Assembly (NCBI GenBank): GCA_027050205.1
Contig: JALUCS010000104.1
Span: forward strand, 1 to 64,000
Reading direction: 5' to 3'
Source of the DNA: a candidate division WOR-3 bacterium
GTDB lineage: Bacteria > Hydrothermota > Hydrothermia > LBFQ01
Length of the DNA: 64,000 nt
Position 1 is the first letter of the stretch. Each line of letters begins with the position of its first letter. Both the position numbers and the translations under genes were made by a program. This document shows, piece after piece, positions 20,191 to 30,417 of the stretch. The notes under the pieces are model-generated. The model worked only from the letters and a program-made list of their open reading frames with translations. It ran no database searches and was not told the DNA's origin.

Positions 20191-21425
20191 CCCTTGAGGG
20201 GGGACTCCAGCACCTTCGCCTTGAGGAACTCCGCCCAAGGCTCTACCTCGTCCCGCAGGAAGTTCCCCCTCCTAAGGGTTATGCGAAGGTCCGTAGGGAC
20301 GTACCGGTACCTTCCGAGCTGCGAGAGGGCCTGATAGAGCCTCCTCTTGGGGTTCTTAACCTTCGGGAATACGAGGTTGAGGTTCTTCTCCAGCCCCTCT
20401 CTACCGAGAAGTTTCAGGAAGGCCAGAGCGATGACGACCCTCCTCGTCCTGAACCTCACCTCCTTGGCACCGTCGTATAGCCTCAACTTACCGGCGAACG
20501 ATAGGTAGGGCAACCCCCTGTGCCGCCTGTGCGCGTACCACCACATATCGCCTATGCCCCTCATATCCTCCGGAGGCCTGTAGTCCTCTCCGAACCTGTA
20601 CTTCCGCATCAGGAGGTATTGGGTCCTAAGGAAACCGCATTTCTCCGGGATCCTTGAGGGGTCTATAGGCTCCTTATCCGTCAGTAGGTCTAGGTATATC
20701 TCCGATAGGATGGCGGAGTACGTATCCCCAAGGCTGGTGAAGGTGTGTTTCAGAAGCTCAAGTTTGAAGACGTCCAGTTCAACGAAGGCCTTGTACCGCA
20801 TCAGGTTCAGGATGGCCCCCTTCGCCCCCTTTGAGAACGCCCGCTTCAGAACGCCTTCGGCCATATCCCCGTAGTCAAACTCCCCCGACATAAACTTGAG
20901 TATAAGCGAGTAGAGTTCAACCACCTCCTCCGACAGCTCGTAGTACCTCTTGAGAGAGGACAGCTCCACCTTTCCGCCCATATACAGGTAAGCCCGCGTC
21001 AATACGGTATCCACGATGAAGTCCCGAAACTCCCGGCTCTTGTAGGACCTAACCCTATAGTCCGTCTCCTTAATGTCTCGCAGTATTCGGACGGCCGTTG
21101 AGGGTTTTCCGTAGTAGGTCGCCACCATATCCGCCGTGATGATCCTGTTGTTGGCTCTACGGAGGGCATCCTTCAGGTCGTTGGACAGGCACATACTCTG
21201 GTAGATATACACCTCCGCCGAGGCGAAGGCGTCCGGATCCGTACCCCTCTCCTTCCACATTCGGATGTACTCGGCCTGACGCCGTACGTCCCCCATAGAT
21301 GCCAAGGCCTCAAGGACGTAGTACAGGTTCGTTGAGGAGAAATGACGGTCAAGCCGCCTCTTAGCTTCTTCAAAGACGGCGTACGCCCGATTATCCTTCA
21401 GAGTTTCAAGCAAAATATCGGCCAT
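20187..21425 (-). CDS. Helical (TPR-like) protein with C-terminal SARP/OmpR-like winged-helix-like segment
   Basis: C-terminal 'LSFAGKLRL..RVVIALAFL..RE.L...VFP...PKRRLYQALSQL'; TATAAT 10 nt upstream. Confidence 0.45.
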   Translation of the reverse strand: MADILLETLKDNRAYAVFEEAKRRLDRHFSSTNLYYVLEALASMGDVRRQAEYIRMWKERGTDPDAFASAEVYIYQSMCLSNDLKDALRRANNRIITADMVATYYGKPSTAVRILRDIKETDYRVRSYKSREFRDFIVDTVLTRAYLYMGGKVELSSLKRYYELSEEVVELYSLILKFMSGEFDYGDMAEGVLKRAFSKGAKGAILNLMRYKAFVELDVFKLELLKHTFTSLGDTYSAILSEIYLDLLTDKEPIDPSRIPEKCGFLRTQYLLMRKYRFGEDYRPPEDMRGIGDMWWYAHRRHRGLPYLSFAGKLRLYDGAKEVRFRTRRVVIALAFLKLLGREGLEKNLNLVFPKVKNPKRRLYQALSQLGRYRYVPTDLRITLRRGNFLRDEVEPWAEFLKAKVLESPLKG

Positions 21426-21539
21426 CTGACCCCATATTATAGTGGTGGTGGATTTTATCGTGGCGGTTTATCGTCCCGTACTCCGGTGGGTGCTGCGCTA
21501 GTGGTGGCTCCGGGTCCTCACCGCTCCGATCCCGGAACC

Positions 21540-21627
21540 TTGAAGTCGGATTTCCGGTTTTCGTAAATTACACTTCACATTTTATGAAGTGCAGGTTTCG
21601 GTTTTTTAAAGTTGAACTTACGGATTT
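21540..21627 (+). repeat. Four tandem degenerate 22-bp units (consensus ~TTGAAGTnnnACTTnCGnTTTT)
   Basis: ttgaagtcggatttccggtttt / cgtaaattacacttcacatttt / atgaagtgcaggtttcggtttt / ttaaagttgaacttacggattt. Confidence 0.8.
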
Positions 21628-22247
21628 TGGAGACGCATCTCCCTCAAACCAACGGCCGAAAGCAACTCGTCTCTGTTGGCAACCGACATCGTTAGGGATT
21701 CCATTCGGTAAAGGGCGGCCGTCGTAAGAACTTAATTCCGCAGAAGGCAAACCGTTGCCGATGACGGATAGAATTCCAGTTTTCCAGATTTCAGTTTTTG
21801 AAATTGCAAACGGGTATTAGTCGCCGTTCGGTAGTTGGGGAGAGCCGATAGGGTGAGATCGGGTTCGTGTGCATCGGCGGATGGTGTAATGCGGCCTCCG
21901 AGGAGCCGCCAAAATCTCGGATTGGCGATTTGCGTCAATCATCCTTTACGTTTCCAAGGAAAACGGTTCCAAAAGTGTGCTGGGAAAACCGTGTTCAAAT
22001 TTACGTGGTTTTGTTCACATAAAAATGACGATTTTTGGTTAAAAATTTAAAAAAACTACCAAATTTCGTAAAATATAATTGTTAAAGTTGAATTACCAGT
22101 TTTTCTGAAGACAGATTTTTAAGTGTGCGGTCGGATCCGGCCAACATCGGGTGGCAATGGGCGCATTTTCTCCCGGCAGCCGTTGGTTTTCCGGGCCGAA
22201 CTCGGAACCATCTAACGCCCCCGTATTTCCGACGTAAAATAGAGGGT

Positions 22248-23201
22248 ATGTTCCTCGCGACGCTCGTTTCACAGGTATGGGGTGGAGATACGCTCTCTAC
22301 GAACAAGTACAAGCCCGACTCCCTCAACATGACGCTGGTCAAACGCCTCCGCCTCCCCACACCCTGCTTCGCCTTGGCCCTCGGAAAGAGGTACGCCTAC
22401 CTGACTTCCCTAAGGAGGATATACGTCGTAGACGTATCCAAACCCGAAAGCCTCTACAGGGAGGCCACCATCACAACTACGAACATGCCCCTCGGAGTAG
22501 CCGCAAAGGGGAGGTACCTGTACGTGGGACACGGGTACAAGGGCCTGACCGTCTTCAACGTCTCCGACCCGAACACGGCATCGGAGGTCTACACCCTTCG
22601 CCTGCCAGATACGACCATGGAGGTTCTTCTTAAGGGCAACTACCTCTACGTGACGGTGGGAGACTCCGGGTTCGCCATTATTAGCATAGCCAACCCTCGG
22701 AGGCCGAGGTTGGTCAGTCTCACCAAGACGGGAGGTTTCGCGAGGGGTATAGCCGTAAAGGGTAGGTACGCGTACATCGCCGCCGGTAGGGACGGCCTGA
22801 AGATATACGATATTTCAAATCCCCGCAAGCCGAGGTTCGTAGGTGGGGCTGCTACCCGTGGATTCGCCATAGGTGTGGATGTGGAAGGTGGGGTGGCGTA
22901 CGTGGCGATAGGGAGAAAGGGGGTTCAGCTCTTTGACGTCAGCGACCCCTCCTCACCGAAGGAGATAAGGTGGGCGAAGGGTCCCGGCTCCGCCCTCAAC
23001 GTCAGGGCGATAAACAAACTCATCTTCGTGGCCTTCGGAGACGGTGGGGTGAGCGTTGTAGACCCCTTCAGGAAGGTGGAGGTGGCCCGGTACAGGCCTC
23101 CGATATACAAGGGGGACTACGTCTTTGACATCGTGGTGAGGGGCGATTACATCTACGCCGCCTCCCGCAAGGGAATGGTGGTCTATAAGTTCCTGAAGTG
23201 A
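22248..23201 (+). CDS. LVIVD-repeat beta-propeller protein
   Basis: Repeated 'G.YAYVA....GL.I.DVS.P..P'; start reassigned to ATG 22248, 7 nt after TAAAAT. Confidence 0.88.
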   Translation: MFLATLVSQVWGGDTLSTNKYKPDSLNMTLVKRLRLPTPCFALALGKRYAYLTSLRRIYVVDVSKPESLYREATITTTNMPLGVAAKGRYLYVGHGYKGLTVFNVSDPNTASEVYTLRLPDTTMEVLLKGNYLYVTVGDSGFAIISIANPRRPRLVSLTKTGGFARGIAVKGRYAYIAAGRDGLKIYDISNPRKPRFVGGAATRGFAIGVDVEGGVAYVAIGRKGVQLFDVSDPSSPKEIRWAKGPGSALNVRAINKLIFVAFGDGGVSVVDPFRKVEVARYRPPIYKGDYVFDIVVRGDYIYAASRKGMVVYKFLK

Positions 23202-24058
23202 GGGTAGCGGTAGTAATACCTACGTACAACCGCCACGGGGAAGTCAGGAGGGCGGTGGAGAGCGTCCTAAAGAACGAGGTAGAGGTAGAGGTTCTGGTCG
23301 GGGACGACGGCAGTTCTCCACCCGTGAGGCTCCCTCTCCCTTCCACGAGGGTTGTTAGGTTTGAGCATACGGGCAACCCCTCCCTGATACGGAACCGTCT
23401 CGTTGAAATGAGTGATGCTCCTCTGGTGGCCTTCTTAGATGACGACGACGAGTTCCTCCCTGGGAAGTTGGACGCCCAGGTGCAACACCTGCTGTCAGGG
23501 GAGTACGCGGCCACCTTCTCCAACGTGGTGGTGGTGGATGCCCGTACCGGTGAGACCGTCGGTTTGGCGTACGGGGAGTCAGAGAGGCCCCTAAGGGATA
23601 GGATCCTCTTTCCCTTCCGCAAGGACGGGGTAGTAGTACAGGTGGGCGCCCTCCTCGTACGGCGGGAGGTGTTCCTGTCCTTGGGTGGTTTCAACGAGAA
23701 CTTGACCCTCCTTGAGGACTGGGAGTTCTCCCTTAGGCTCGCCTTAAGGGACCTCCTGCACTTTCACAACTTCCCCGGCCTCATACACTATCAGAACCGT
23801 CGGGACAGCTTGAGGACCGCCCAACTCCCCACGGTCGCCCACAGGTACGAAACCCTGATGGCCGTAGTATCGGAGTACCTGCCCCCATCCCTAACGAGGT
23901 GGGTAAAGGCCCACTTCTACGGCGCCCTTTCCTATAGGCTCTCCCGTATAGGTCGCAGGGGTGAGGCCATCTCCTACGCCCTCAAGAGCCTCCGGTACGG
24001 TGGGAGCCTTATGGCCGTAAAGGGGGCGATCAGGTCCCTCCTACTTCCCCCGCCGTGA
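23198..24058 (+). CDS. Glycosyltransferase family 2
   Basis: 'VVIPTYNR', 'DDGS', 'FLDDDD', 'EDWEF'. Confidence 0.9.
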   Translation: MRVAVVIPTYNRHGEVRRAVESVLKNEVEVEVLVGDDGSSPPVRLPLPSTRVVRFEHTGNPSLIRNRLVEMSDAPLVAFLDDDDEFLPGKLDAQVQHLLSGEYAATFSNVVVVDARTGETVGLAYGESERPLRDRILFPFRKDGVVVQVGALLVRREVFLSLGGFNENLTLLEDWEFSLRLALRDLLHFHNFPGLIHYQNRRDSLRTAQLPTVAHRYETLMAVVSEYLPPSLTRWVKAHFYGALSYRLSRIGRRGEAISYALKSLRYGGSLMAVKGAIRSLLLPPP

Positions 24059-25207
24059 GATGTAGAGGAAGAGGAGGCTGGTCAGGAGGAGGATTAGGAG
24101 GCTAACCCTGTAGGGGAGGGCGGGGTGGAGGTAGGCGAGGGCGCCCGCGATGAGGGGGGAGACCAGACCTATCGCCCGGTTGTAGGAGGAGAGGGCGGCG
24201 TGGAACTCGCTCACCCTGTCCCTCGGTACGAAGCCGAAGAGCCACGTCCGGTAGAAGGGGAAGGCGAGGGAGTCCCCGAATCGGCCGAGGGCGTAGGACA
24301 CTAAGACCCATACGAGGGAAGGGGATAGGGCCATTATGCCGAGGCTAACCGTCTCCAACAGGAACCCGAGGCTTATGGCGTAGGCCCCTCCCGTCTTAGG
24401 CACCCGCTCGCTAACGTAGGTGGCGAGGACCGTCGTTATGCTCATACCGGCCTCAACCAACATCACCTCAAAGAGGGTCTTCTTGAGATGGACGACGATG
24501 TAGTACAGGAGGACGAAGTTGGGGGCGAGGGACCAGGCGAGGGTGAGGAGGCCCTCCACAAGGAGCAGGAAGCCGTACTCCTTCAGGTTGGGGAAGGTCC
24601 ATCCGGGCGGGTTTATCCTCTCCTCCCGGTTTACGGGAGGAAGGAACCTGTAGATGTATGCCACAGCGAGGAAGGAGAAGAGGCCGAAGAGGAGAAAGGC
24701 GAGGCGGTAGTGGTGTGGGGTGTTATAGACGTAGCCGAGGAGGTAGCCGAATAGGAGGAATCCGAAGAACTGGCTAACTTCGGGCAGTCGCAGGTGCCAG
24801 GCGTAGACCTCCTCGTACCTTTCCCGTGGATAGACTATCTGCTCGTAGGCCTGATAGAGGGGGTAGAAGAGGCTGGAGACCTTCTCTGCAAACTTCCCCA
24901 GAAACAGGAAGGCCGTCGCCCATGTGCCGTATGCGAGGGAGTAGAGGACGTAGGTCAGGCCTTCAAGGACGTCTATGACGATGAGGCCGAGCTTGAGGGG
25001 TACCATGTTGAACCACCGACCTATCAGGTAGGTCAGGGGGATGGAGGCGAGGTTGACGGCGGAGAAGAAGGCCCCTACGTCCCGGACGGAGTAGCCCGTA
25101 CGGAGCATGTACAGGGGGAGGAGGTACCAGACTATGAGCTGGGGGGCTATGAGGGTGTGGTAGAGGATGTAGGCTCTGGCCTCGCGGGGGATATCTCGCC
25201 ATCGCAT
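24041..25207 (-). CDS. MFS transporter
   Basis: About 12 TM helices with MFS-like loops. Confidence 0.8.
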   Translation of the reverse strand: MRWRDIPREARAYILYHTLIAPQLIVWYLLPLYMLRTGYSVRDVGAFFSAVNLASIPLTYLIGRWFNMVPLKLGLIVIDVLEGLTYVLYSLAYGTWATAFLFLGKFAEKVSSLFYPLYQAYEQIVYPRERYEEVYAWHLRLPEVSQFFGFLLFGYLLGYVYNTPHHYRLAFLLFGLFSFLAVAYIYRFLPPVNREERINPPGWTFPNLKEYGFLLLVEGLLTLAWSLAPNFVLLYYIVVHLKKTLFEVMLVEAGMSITTVLATYVSERVPKTGGAYAISLGFLLETVSLGIMALSPSLVWVLVSYALGRFGDSLAFPFYRTWLFGFVPRDRVSEFHAALSSYNRAIGLVSPLIAGALAYLHPALPYRVSLLILLLTSLLFLYISRRGK

Positions 25208-25264
25208 AGAGGACTATTTTCAGGTTGAGTGCCTCAAGGTTTAAGGCACAATACTGTACCTATA

Positions 25265-26062
25265 TCACTCCATAACGAGAACGCGGGATTTTTCCCTGTC
25301 AAACAGCCACCGCAACCCGCCCCTCAACATCGCATTCGCACCGAGGACGACGTCTATCCGATGCCCAAGGTACTCCTCAACGGGGCCGAGGCCCACAACG
25401 AAGGCGTCAAAGGGCGGTACTTCCATACCACCCAAGCGGAGACCCCGGATGACCTTCGCCTCCACCTTCCGCCTTACCCCTGTAGCGTCCTCAACGTCCA
25501 TCTCAAACCCCGGCTCCACCGTTATACCCATCTCCTTCAGGTGCCTGCCGTTTATGACGGAGATTCCGGCCCCGGTGTCAAAGAGGACGTTCAGCGGACT
25601 CCCTCCCGCCTCCATCTTCAGCATGCACAGGCCTATCTCAAGGAAGTTTGAGGGTACCTTCTGCCAGTTTCCCCCGTCTATGGCCCCTGCGGGGAAGATG
25701 GCCAGTACGTGGAAGTCAAAGACGATGGGCCTGGCGAATATCTCACGGGCGCCCAACCTGGCTCCCCACTCAAAGGGGAAGGGCTTTTGGGGATCGGAGA
25801 CCCGCGCCTCAACGTTCCTGAACACCTCCCCCATAAACTCAACGTGCGCGGATACCACCTCGCTCTCCTCCCTCCCGAAGGCGCTCCGGACCTTCATCCT
25901 CCTGGTGCGTGGCAGTCCTTCGGCGAACCGCGGGGTTACGGTCAGGGCGTTGGCCCCGGTGTCCAGATGGGCGAGGGTCTCCCTCCCGTTCACCCTGGCG
26001 GGGACGAACATGTCAAGGCTGTGGATGGTGAGATAGACCGGCTGGAAGTCCTCCCTATACAT
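25265..26062 (-). CDS. Two-domain retropepsin-like aspartyl protease
   Basis: Two DTGA motifs ('HLDTGA', 'LFDTGA') with 'LG' tails. Confidence 0.85.
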   Translation of the reverse strand: MYREDFQPVYLTIHSLDMFVPARVNGRETLAHLDTGANALTVTPRFAEGLPRTRRMKVRSAFGREESEVVSAHVEFMGEVFRNVEARVSDPQKPFPFEWGARLGAREIFARPIVFDFHVLAIFPAGAIDGGNWQKVPSNFLEIGLCMLKMEAGGSPLNVLFDTGAGISVINGRHLKEMGITVEPGFEMDVEDATGVRRKVEAKVIRGLRLGGMEVPPFDAFVVGLGPVEEYLGHRIDVVLGANAMLRGGLRWLFDREKSRVLVME

Positions 26063-26600
26063 TTAACCGTCTCCCCATTACGAAGTAGCGGGGGCCATCG
26101 GGGGCGAAGTGGAAGTCGTCTAAGACCACCACCCAACCCCTCTTCCTGTAAAGGGAAATGGCGGGGGAGTTATCGGCTCTCACCGTGAGCAACGCCACAG
26201 GTTCGGGACGATCCTTCAGAAGTAAATCGTGGAGCCTCCCACCTATCCCCCGCCTCTGATATTCGGGATGTACGGCCAGCTCAACGAACTCGTAATGCTC
26301 CGGCTCCATCCACTCCTTCCGTTGCTCCGGTGTCATGGCAGCCCAGACCTTATCGTACCAGTACTGGCCCGGATCCCCCGTATAGCCGTAGGAGAAGCCT
26401 ATGAGCCTGTCCCCATCAACGGCGATGAAACCCCTGTACCCCCTCCTCCCGAAGTGCCTCCGCATTATCTCCTCACGTTCCCTGATGGCCCTCTCACTTA
26501 GACCGTGGACGATGGCGTAGATCTCCAGAATCTCCGGCAGCCGCCCTTCCATCTCCTCCCGCGAGGCTTCCCGTATCTCCACCTTACCCATACGCATCAC
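26055..26600 (-). CDS. GNAT acetyltransferase
   Basis: 'LAVHPEYQRRGIG', 'N.PA..LY...GW'. Confidence 0.9.
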   Translation of the reverse strand: MMRMGKVEIREASREEMEGRLPEILEIYAIVHGLSERAIREREEIMRRHFGRRGYRGFIAVDGDRLIGFSYGYTGDPGQYWYDKVWAAMTPEQRKEWMEPEHYEFVELAVHPEYQRRGIGGRLHDLLLKDRPEPVALLTVRADNSPAISLYRKRGWVVVLDDFHFAPDGPRYFVMGRRLNV

Positions 26601-26714
26601 TTCAGGGGTGTGGCCAGTTCAACGCGGTTTCCGAAGGGGTCCCGGTAAAATTGGAGGGCCTTCTCCATATCCGAAACGTGCAAAAGAACGGTTGTGAAAC
26701 GCATCCCCGCCATT

Positions 26715-27479
26715 CTAAGGCCGGTTTTCCGTCTTTACCTCCGTCCTCTCGTAGAGTATGGCATACTTCTGGAAGTGATACCACGCCTGTGATAGGGCGT
26801 ATATTACCCCCCTCTTCCCGTCAAGGAAAGCCCCCTGCAGGACGTAGTACCTGAAGAACATCAGGGGGAGCCTGAAGAGGAGGTCAAAGAAGGAGGCCCG
26901 TCTTCCGCCCTCCACCTTCTCCTCGGCCGAGAGCAGAGCGTAGTGGGTGTTCTTCCCCCAGTGGTGGAGGAGGTCCCTGTAGGGGCGGTGGAGTATGTGG
27001 CCCTTCAGGTGGCCAACCTTACCCCGGACGGCGAGGGTCTCGTGGACGTACCTGCCGGAGATGTAGGCCCTATCCCTGCGGGCGAGCCTCAAGAGGCGGG
27101 TCCCCTTCATACGCTGGAGTTTGCCCATATAGACGTTCCGCCGCAGGACGGTGTAGCCGTCGTATCTCCCGCCCTCAACCGCCCTACCTATCTCCCCGGC
27201 GACCTCCTCCGTCAGCCACTCGTCGGCGTCCATAAAGAGAACCCATTCACCGCGGGCCAGCTTCAAAGCGTACTCCCTCTGCTTTACGTACCCCTCCCAC
27301 TCCTTAACGTACACCCTCGCCCCGTAATTCTTCGCCACATCAACCGTACCGTCCCTTGAACCGGAGTCCACCACCACGACCTCGTAATCAACGGGCAGAT
27401 GCTTCAGGCTCTCAAGCAGACGGGGGAGGTTTTCCTCCTCGTCCTTCGTAAGGACCAGTACGGAGAGCCTTAGACCCAA
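26715..27479 (-). CDS. Glycosyltransferase family 2 (KdtX/WaaE-like)
   Basis: 'VVDSGSRDGT', 'WVLFMDADE', 'VHE', 'FLDGKRG'. Confidence 0.88.
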   Translation of the reverse strand: MGLRLSVLVLTKDEEENLPRLLESLKHLPVDYEVVVVDSGSRDGTVDVAKNYGARVYVKEWEGYVKQREYALKLARGEWVLFMDADEWLTEEVAGEIGRAVEGGRYDGYTVLRRNVYMGKLQRMKGTRLLRLARRDRAYISGRYVHETLAVRGKVGHLKGHILHRPYRDLLHHWGKNTHYALLSAEEKVEGGRRASFFDLLFRLPLMFFRYYVLQGAFLDGKRGVIYALSQAWYHFQKYAILYERTEVKTENRP

Positions 27480-28444
27480 CTCTCGTACCTGAACTGCCCA
27501 AGGAAACGGACGTCGTTGTCGTAGAAATGGCGTATGTCCTCAATGCCGTACTTCACCATCGCAAACCTCTCCACCCCTATCCCGAAGGCGTACCCGGACC
27601 ACCGGTCGGGGTCTATGCCAACGTTTTTGAGGACGTTGGGGTGTATCATACCGCAGCCCAGCATCTCCAACCACTCCCCCCTGTACCACACCGCCACCTC
27701 CATGGACGGCTCCGTGAAGGGGAAGTAGGAGGGTACGAACTTCACCTTCGCCTCCTCACCGAAGAGGGCCTTCACGATCTGCTCAAGCGTCCATTTCAGC
27801 GAGCCGATGCTGATGTTCCTATCCACGGCGAAGCCCTCTATCTGGTGGAAGACCGGGGAGTGGGTGGCGTCAAACTCGTCCGCCCTGAAGACCTTACCGA
27901 AGGTGGCCGCCTTGAGGGGTGGTTTGTGCGCCCTCATGTACCTTATCTGGAAGGGGGAGGTGTGGGTACGCAGGAGCATCCCGTTGTTGAGGTAGAGGGA
28001 CTGCTGCATGTCCCTGGCGGGGTGCCACTGGGGTATGTTCAGGAGGGTGAAGTTGTTCTCGTCCGTCTCCACCTCCGGCCCCTCCCCGATCTCAAACCCC
28101 ATGTTCTCAAGGACCTTGAGGATCTCGTTGGCGACCAGTTTTATGGGGTGGAGGGAGCCGACTCCCCCCTTCCACGGGCGACCGGGCAGGGTGGGGTCAA
28201 GGGGCTTTATCCGGTCAAGGAGGTCCTCCCTCCTCTCCTTTATCGCCCTCTCAAACTCCCTCTTCAGAGCGTTCAGGACGCTGCCGAGCTTCCTCCTCTC
28301 CTCCGGGGGGAGGTCCTTTAACCTGCGCAGCTGCTGGGTTATCTTCCCCTTCTTACCGAGGTACTCCGCCTTGAGGGAGTCAAGCTCGGCTACCGTCTTT
28401 ACGGCCTTCAGCCTCTCGTAGAACTCCCTGCGTACGTCCTCCAT
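27470..28444 (-). CDS. pheS: Phenylalanine-tRNA ligase alpha subunit
   Basis: 'HPAR', 'LLRTHTS', 'FHQIEG', 'YFPFTEPS', 'AFGIGVER'. Confidence 0.97.
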   Translation of the reverse strand: MEDVRREFYERLKAVKTVAELDSLKAEYLGKKGKITQQLRRLKDLPPEERRKLGSVLNALKREFERAIKERREDLLDRIKPLDPTLPGRPWKGGVGSLHPIKLVANEILKVLENMGFEIGEGPEVETDENNFTLLNIPQWHPARDMQQSLYLNNGMLLRTHTSPFQIRYMRAHKPPLKAATFGKVFRADEFDATHSPVFHQIEGFAVDRNISIGSLKWTLEQIVKALFGEEAKVKFVPSYFPFTEPSMEVAVWYRGEWLEMLGCGMIHPNVLKNVGIDPDRWSGYAFGIGVERFAMVKYGIEDIRHFYDNDVRFLGQFRYESWV

Positions 28445-28446
28445 CG

Positions 28447-28797
28447 TCAGAGGTGCTGTTTGGCCACATCCACAAGCTGGGCGAACGTGTCAGGCTCGTA
28501 GTACGCTATGTATGCCAGGCTCTTGCGATCCAACTCCACCCCCGCCTTCTTCAGGCCGTAGATGAAACGGGAGTAGTTGAGGCCGTGCTGACGGGCGGCG
28601 GCGTTTATCCTCTGAATCCAGAGGCGACGGAAGTCCCTCTTGCGGCGTTTGCGGTCTACGTACGCGTGCCTTAGAGCCTTTAGGACGGTCTCCTTGGCCG
28701 TCTTGAACCTGCGGGAATTGACACCCCAGTACCCCTTCGCGAGATCCATCCAGAACTTATGTCTCTCCTGCCTGTACTTCCCGGTCTTTACCCTCAT
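28447..28797 (-). CDS. rplT: 50S ribosomal protein L20
   Basis: 'AKGY', '[16 protein letters not shown]', '[17 protein letters not shown]'. Confidence 0.97.
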   Translation of the reverse strand: MRVKTGKYRQERHKFWMDLAKGYWGVNSRRFKTAKETVLKALRHAYVDRKRRKRDFRRLWIQRINAAARQHGLNYSRFIYGLKKAGVELDRKSLAYIAYYEPDTFAQLVDVAKQHL

Positions 28798-28900
28798 AGG
28801 CCGCCTATTCTAAGGCCGACCCCTACTTGGCCACCGGTATGCCCCTATGCTTCTACGAGGGTGTGCTGCCACCCACCCTCAAGGGTTATAATATCCACCC

Positions 28901-28993
28901 GTGGATGCCCTAACGATCTTGGTAGTCTGGGGTAGTTGGTTCTTCTTCCTCGTTTTGACGCTCGCGTACTACCTAAAGGAGGGTGAAGGATGA
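28901..28993 (+). CDS. 30-aa single-TM protein, probable symporter accessory subunit (not in ORF track)
   Basis: MDALTILVVWGSWFFFLVLTLAYYLKEGEG; GTG 8 nt after TATAAT; stop overlaps the symporter start (ATGA). Confidence 0.7.
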   Translation: MDALTILVVWGSWFFFLVLTLAYYLKEGEG

Positions 28994-30417
28994 GCGGAGT
29001 CGCCATAGGCCTCATAACTTACGTCGTCGTTATGCTCCTCATTGGCCTATACACCTACCGCTTCATGCACACCATAGACGACTTCCTCCTCGGTGGGCGT
29101 AAGCTGGGGGCGCTGGTGATAGCCTTCTCGGAGAGGGCGTCCGGCGAGAGCGCCTGGTTCCTCCTCGGTCTTCCGGGCTTCGCGTACGCTATGGGTATGT
29201 CCGTCTTCTGGACGGTCGTTGGCGTCGCCCTCGGCATATTCGTAAGCTGGACGGTGATCGCCAAGAGGTTGAGATGGGAGACGGAGAAGTACGGCGCCCT
29301 GACCATCCCCGACTACCTTGAGGCCCGCTTTGAGGACCGAAGCCGCCTCATAAGGGTCTTCAGCACCGCCATAATCCTCCTCTTCTACCTCTTCTACCTC
29401 GGCGCCCAGATAATCGGGGCCGGAAAGGTCCTGAACGCCACCTTCGGCATGGACCCCGTCCTCGGAATGGTAATAGGGGCGGGGGTGGTGGCCTTATACA
29501 CGATGGCCGGGGGCTTCACGGCCGTGGCCCTTACCGACCTCGTACAGGGCATAATAATGCTCTTCGCCGCCGTCTTCCTCCCCATCCTCGGCATAATGGC
29601 CATCGGTGGTGTGGGGGAGACGTTTGCCAAGTTGAAGGAGATGGACCCCAACTTCCTTAGTGTCCTCGGCGGGAAGGCTGGCAGGGACCTCCTTGTAGGG
29701 ACGATATTGGGGGGTATGGGGGTGGGCCTCGGTTATATGGGGCAGCCCCACCTCCTCACGCGGTATATGGCCATAAGGAGTACGCAGGAGGTGCGTAAAG
29801 GGGTCCTGATAGCCATGCTCTGGGTCCTCCTCGCCTACTGGGGCGCCCCCTTCATCGGTATAGTGGGTAAGGCCTACTTCGGCCCGGAGCTGGCCGACGC
29901 CGAAAAGGTGATGCCCATGCTCGCTACGGCCGTTCTCCCTCCGGTCGTGGCCGGCTTCGTGATAGCCGGGGCCATAGCCGCCATGATGTCCACGGCCGAC
30001 TCCCAGCTCCTCGTGGTCACGTCCGCCGTCGTTGAGGACATATACCGGAAACTCCTCAACAGGGAACTTTCCCAGGAGAAACTCGTCGCCTTCTCCCGGT
30101 GGACGACCCTCGCCGTTACGGCCTTCGCCCTCATCCTCGCCCTCTTCGCCAAGAACCTGATATACTGGCTCGTCCTCTACGCCTGGTCTGGCCTCGGTGC
30201 CAGCTTCGGTCCCCCTATCCTCCTCGCCCTCCTCTGGAAGGGTACGAACCGCTGGGGGGCGCTGGCGGGCATGCTCACCGGCACCATCACCACCGTCCTG
30301 TGGTACAACGTCCCCGCCCTCAAGGGGACGGTCTACGAGCTCATACCCGCCTTCACCTTCAGCCTCGTAGCGACGTACGTCGTGAGCCTCCTAACACGTA
30401 AAAGTGGGCGCCCTTAG
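28990..30417 (+). CDS. putP: Sodium/proline symporter (SSS family)
   Basis: 'FLLGGR', 'SERASGESAW..LGLPG', 'GQPH', 'AAMMSTADSQL'. Confidence 0.9.
   Translation: MSGVAIGLITYVVVMLLIGLYTYRFMHTIDDFLLGGRKLGALVIAFSERASGESAWFLLGLPGFAYAMGMSVFWTVVGVALGIFVSWTVIAKRLRWETEKYGALTIPDYLEARFEDRSRLIRVFSTAIILLFYLFYLGAQIIGAGKVLNATFGMDPVLGMVIGAGVVALYTMAGGFTAVALTDLVQGIIMLFAAVFLPILGIMAIGGVGETFAKLKEMDPNFLSVLGGKAGRDLLVGTILGGMGVGLGYMGQPHLLTRYMAIRSTQEVRKGVLIAMLWVLLAYWGAPFIGIVGKAYFGPELADAEKVMPMLATAVLPPVVAGFVIAGAIAAMMSTADSQLLVVTSAVVEDIYRKLLNRELSQEKLVAFSRWTTLAVTAFALILALFAKNLIYWLVLYAWSGLGASFGPPILLALLWKGTNRWGALAGMLTGTITTVLWYNVPALKGTVYELIPAFTFSLVATYVVSLLTRKSGRP

Noticed and set aside
21540..21627. CRISPR interpretation of the 22-bp arrays
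   Set aside because: Units are contiguous and degenerate with no unique spacers, and no cas genes are present
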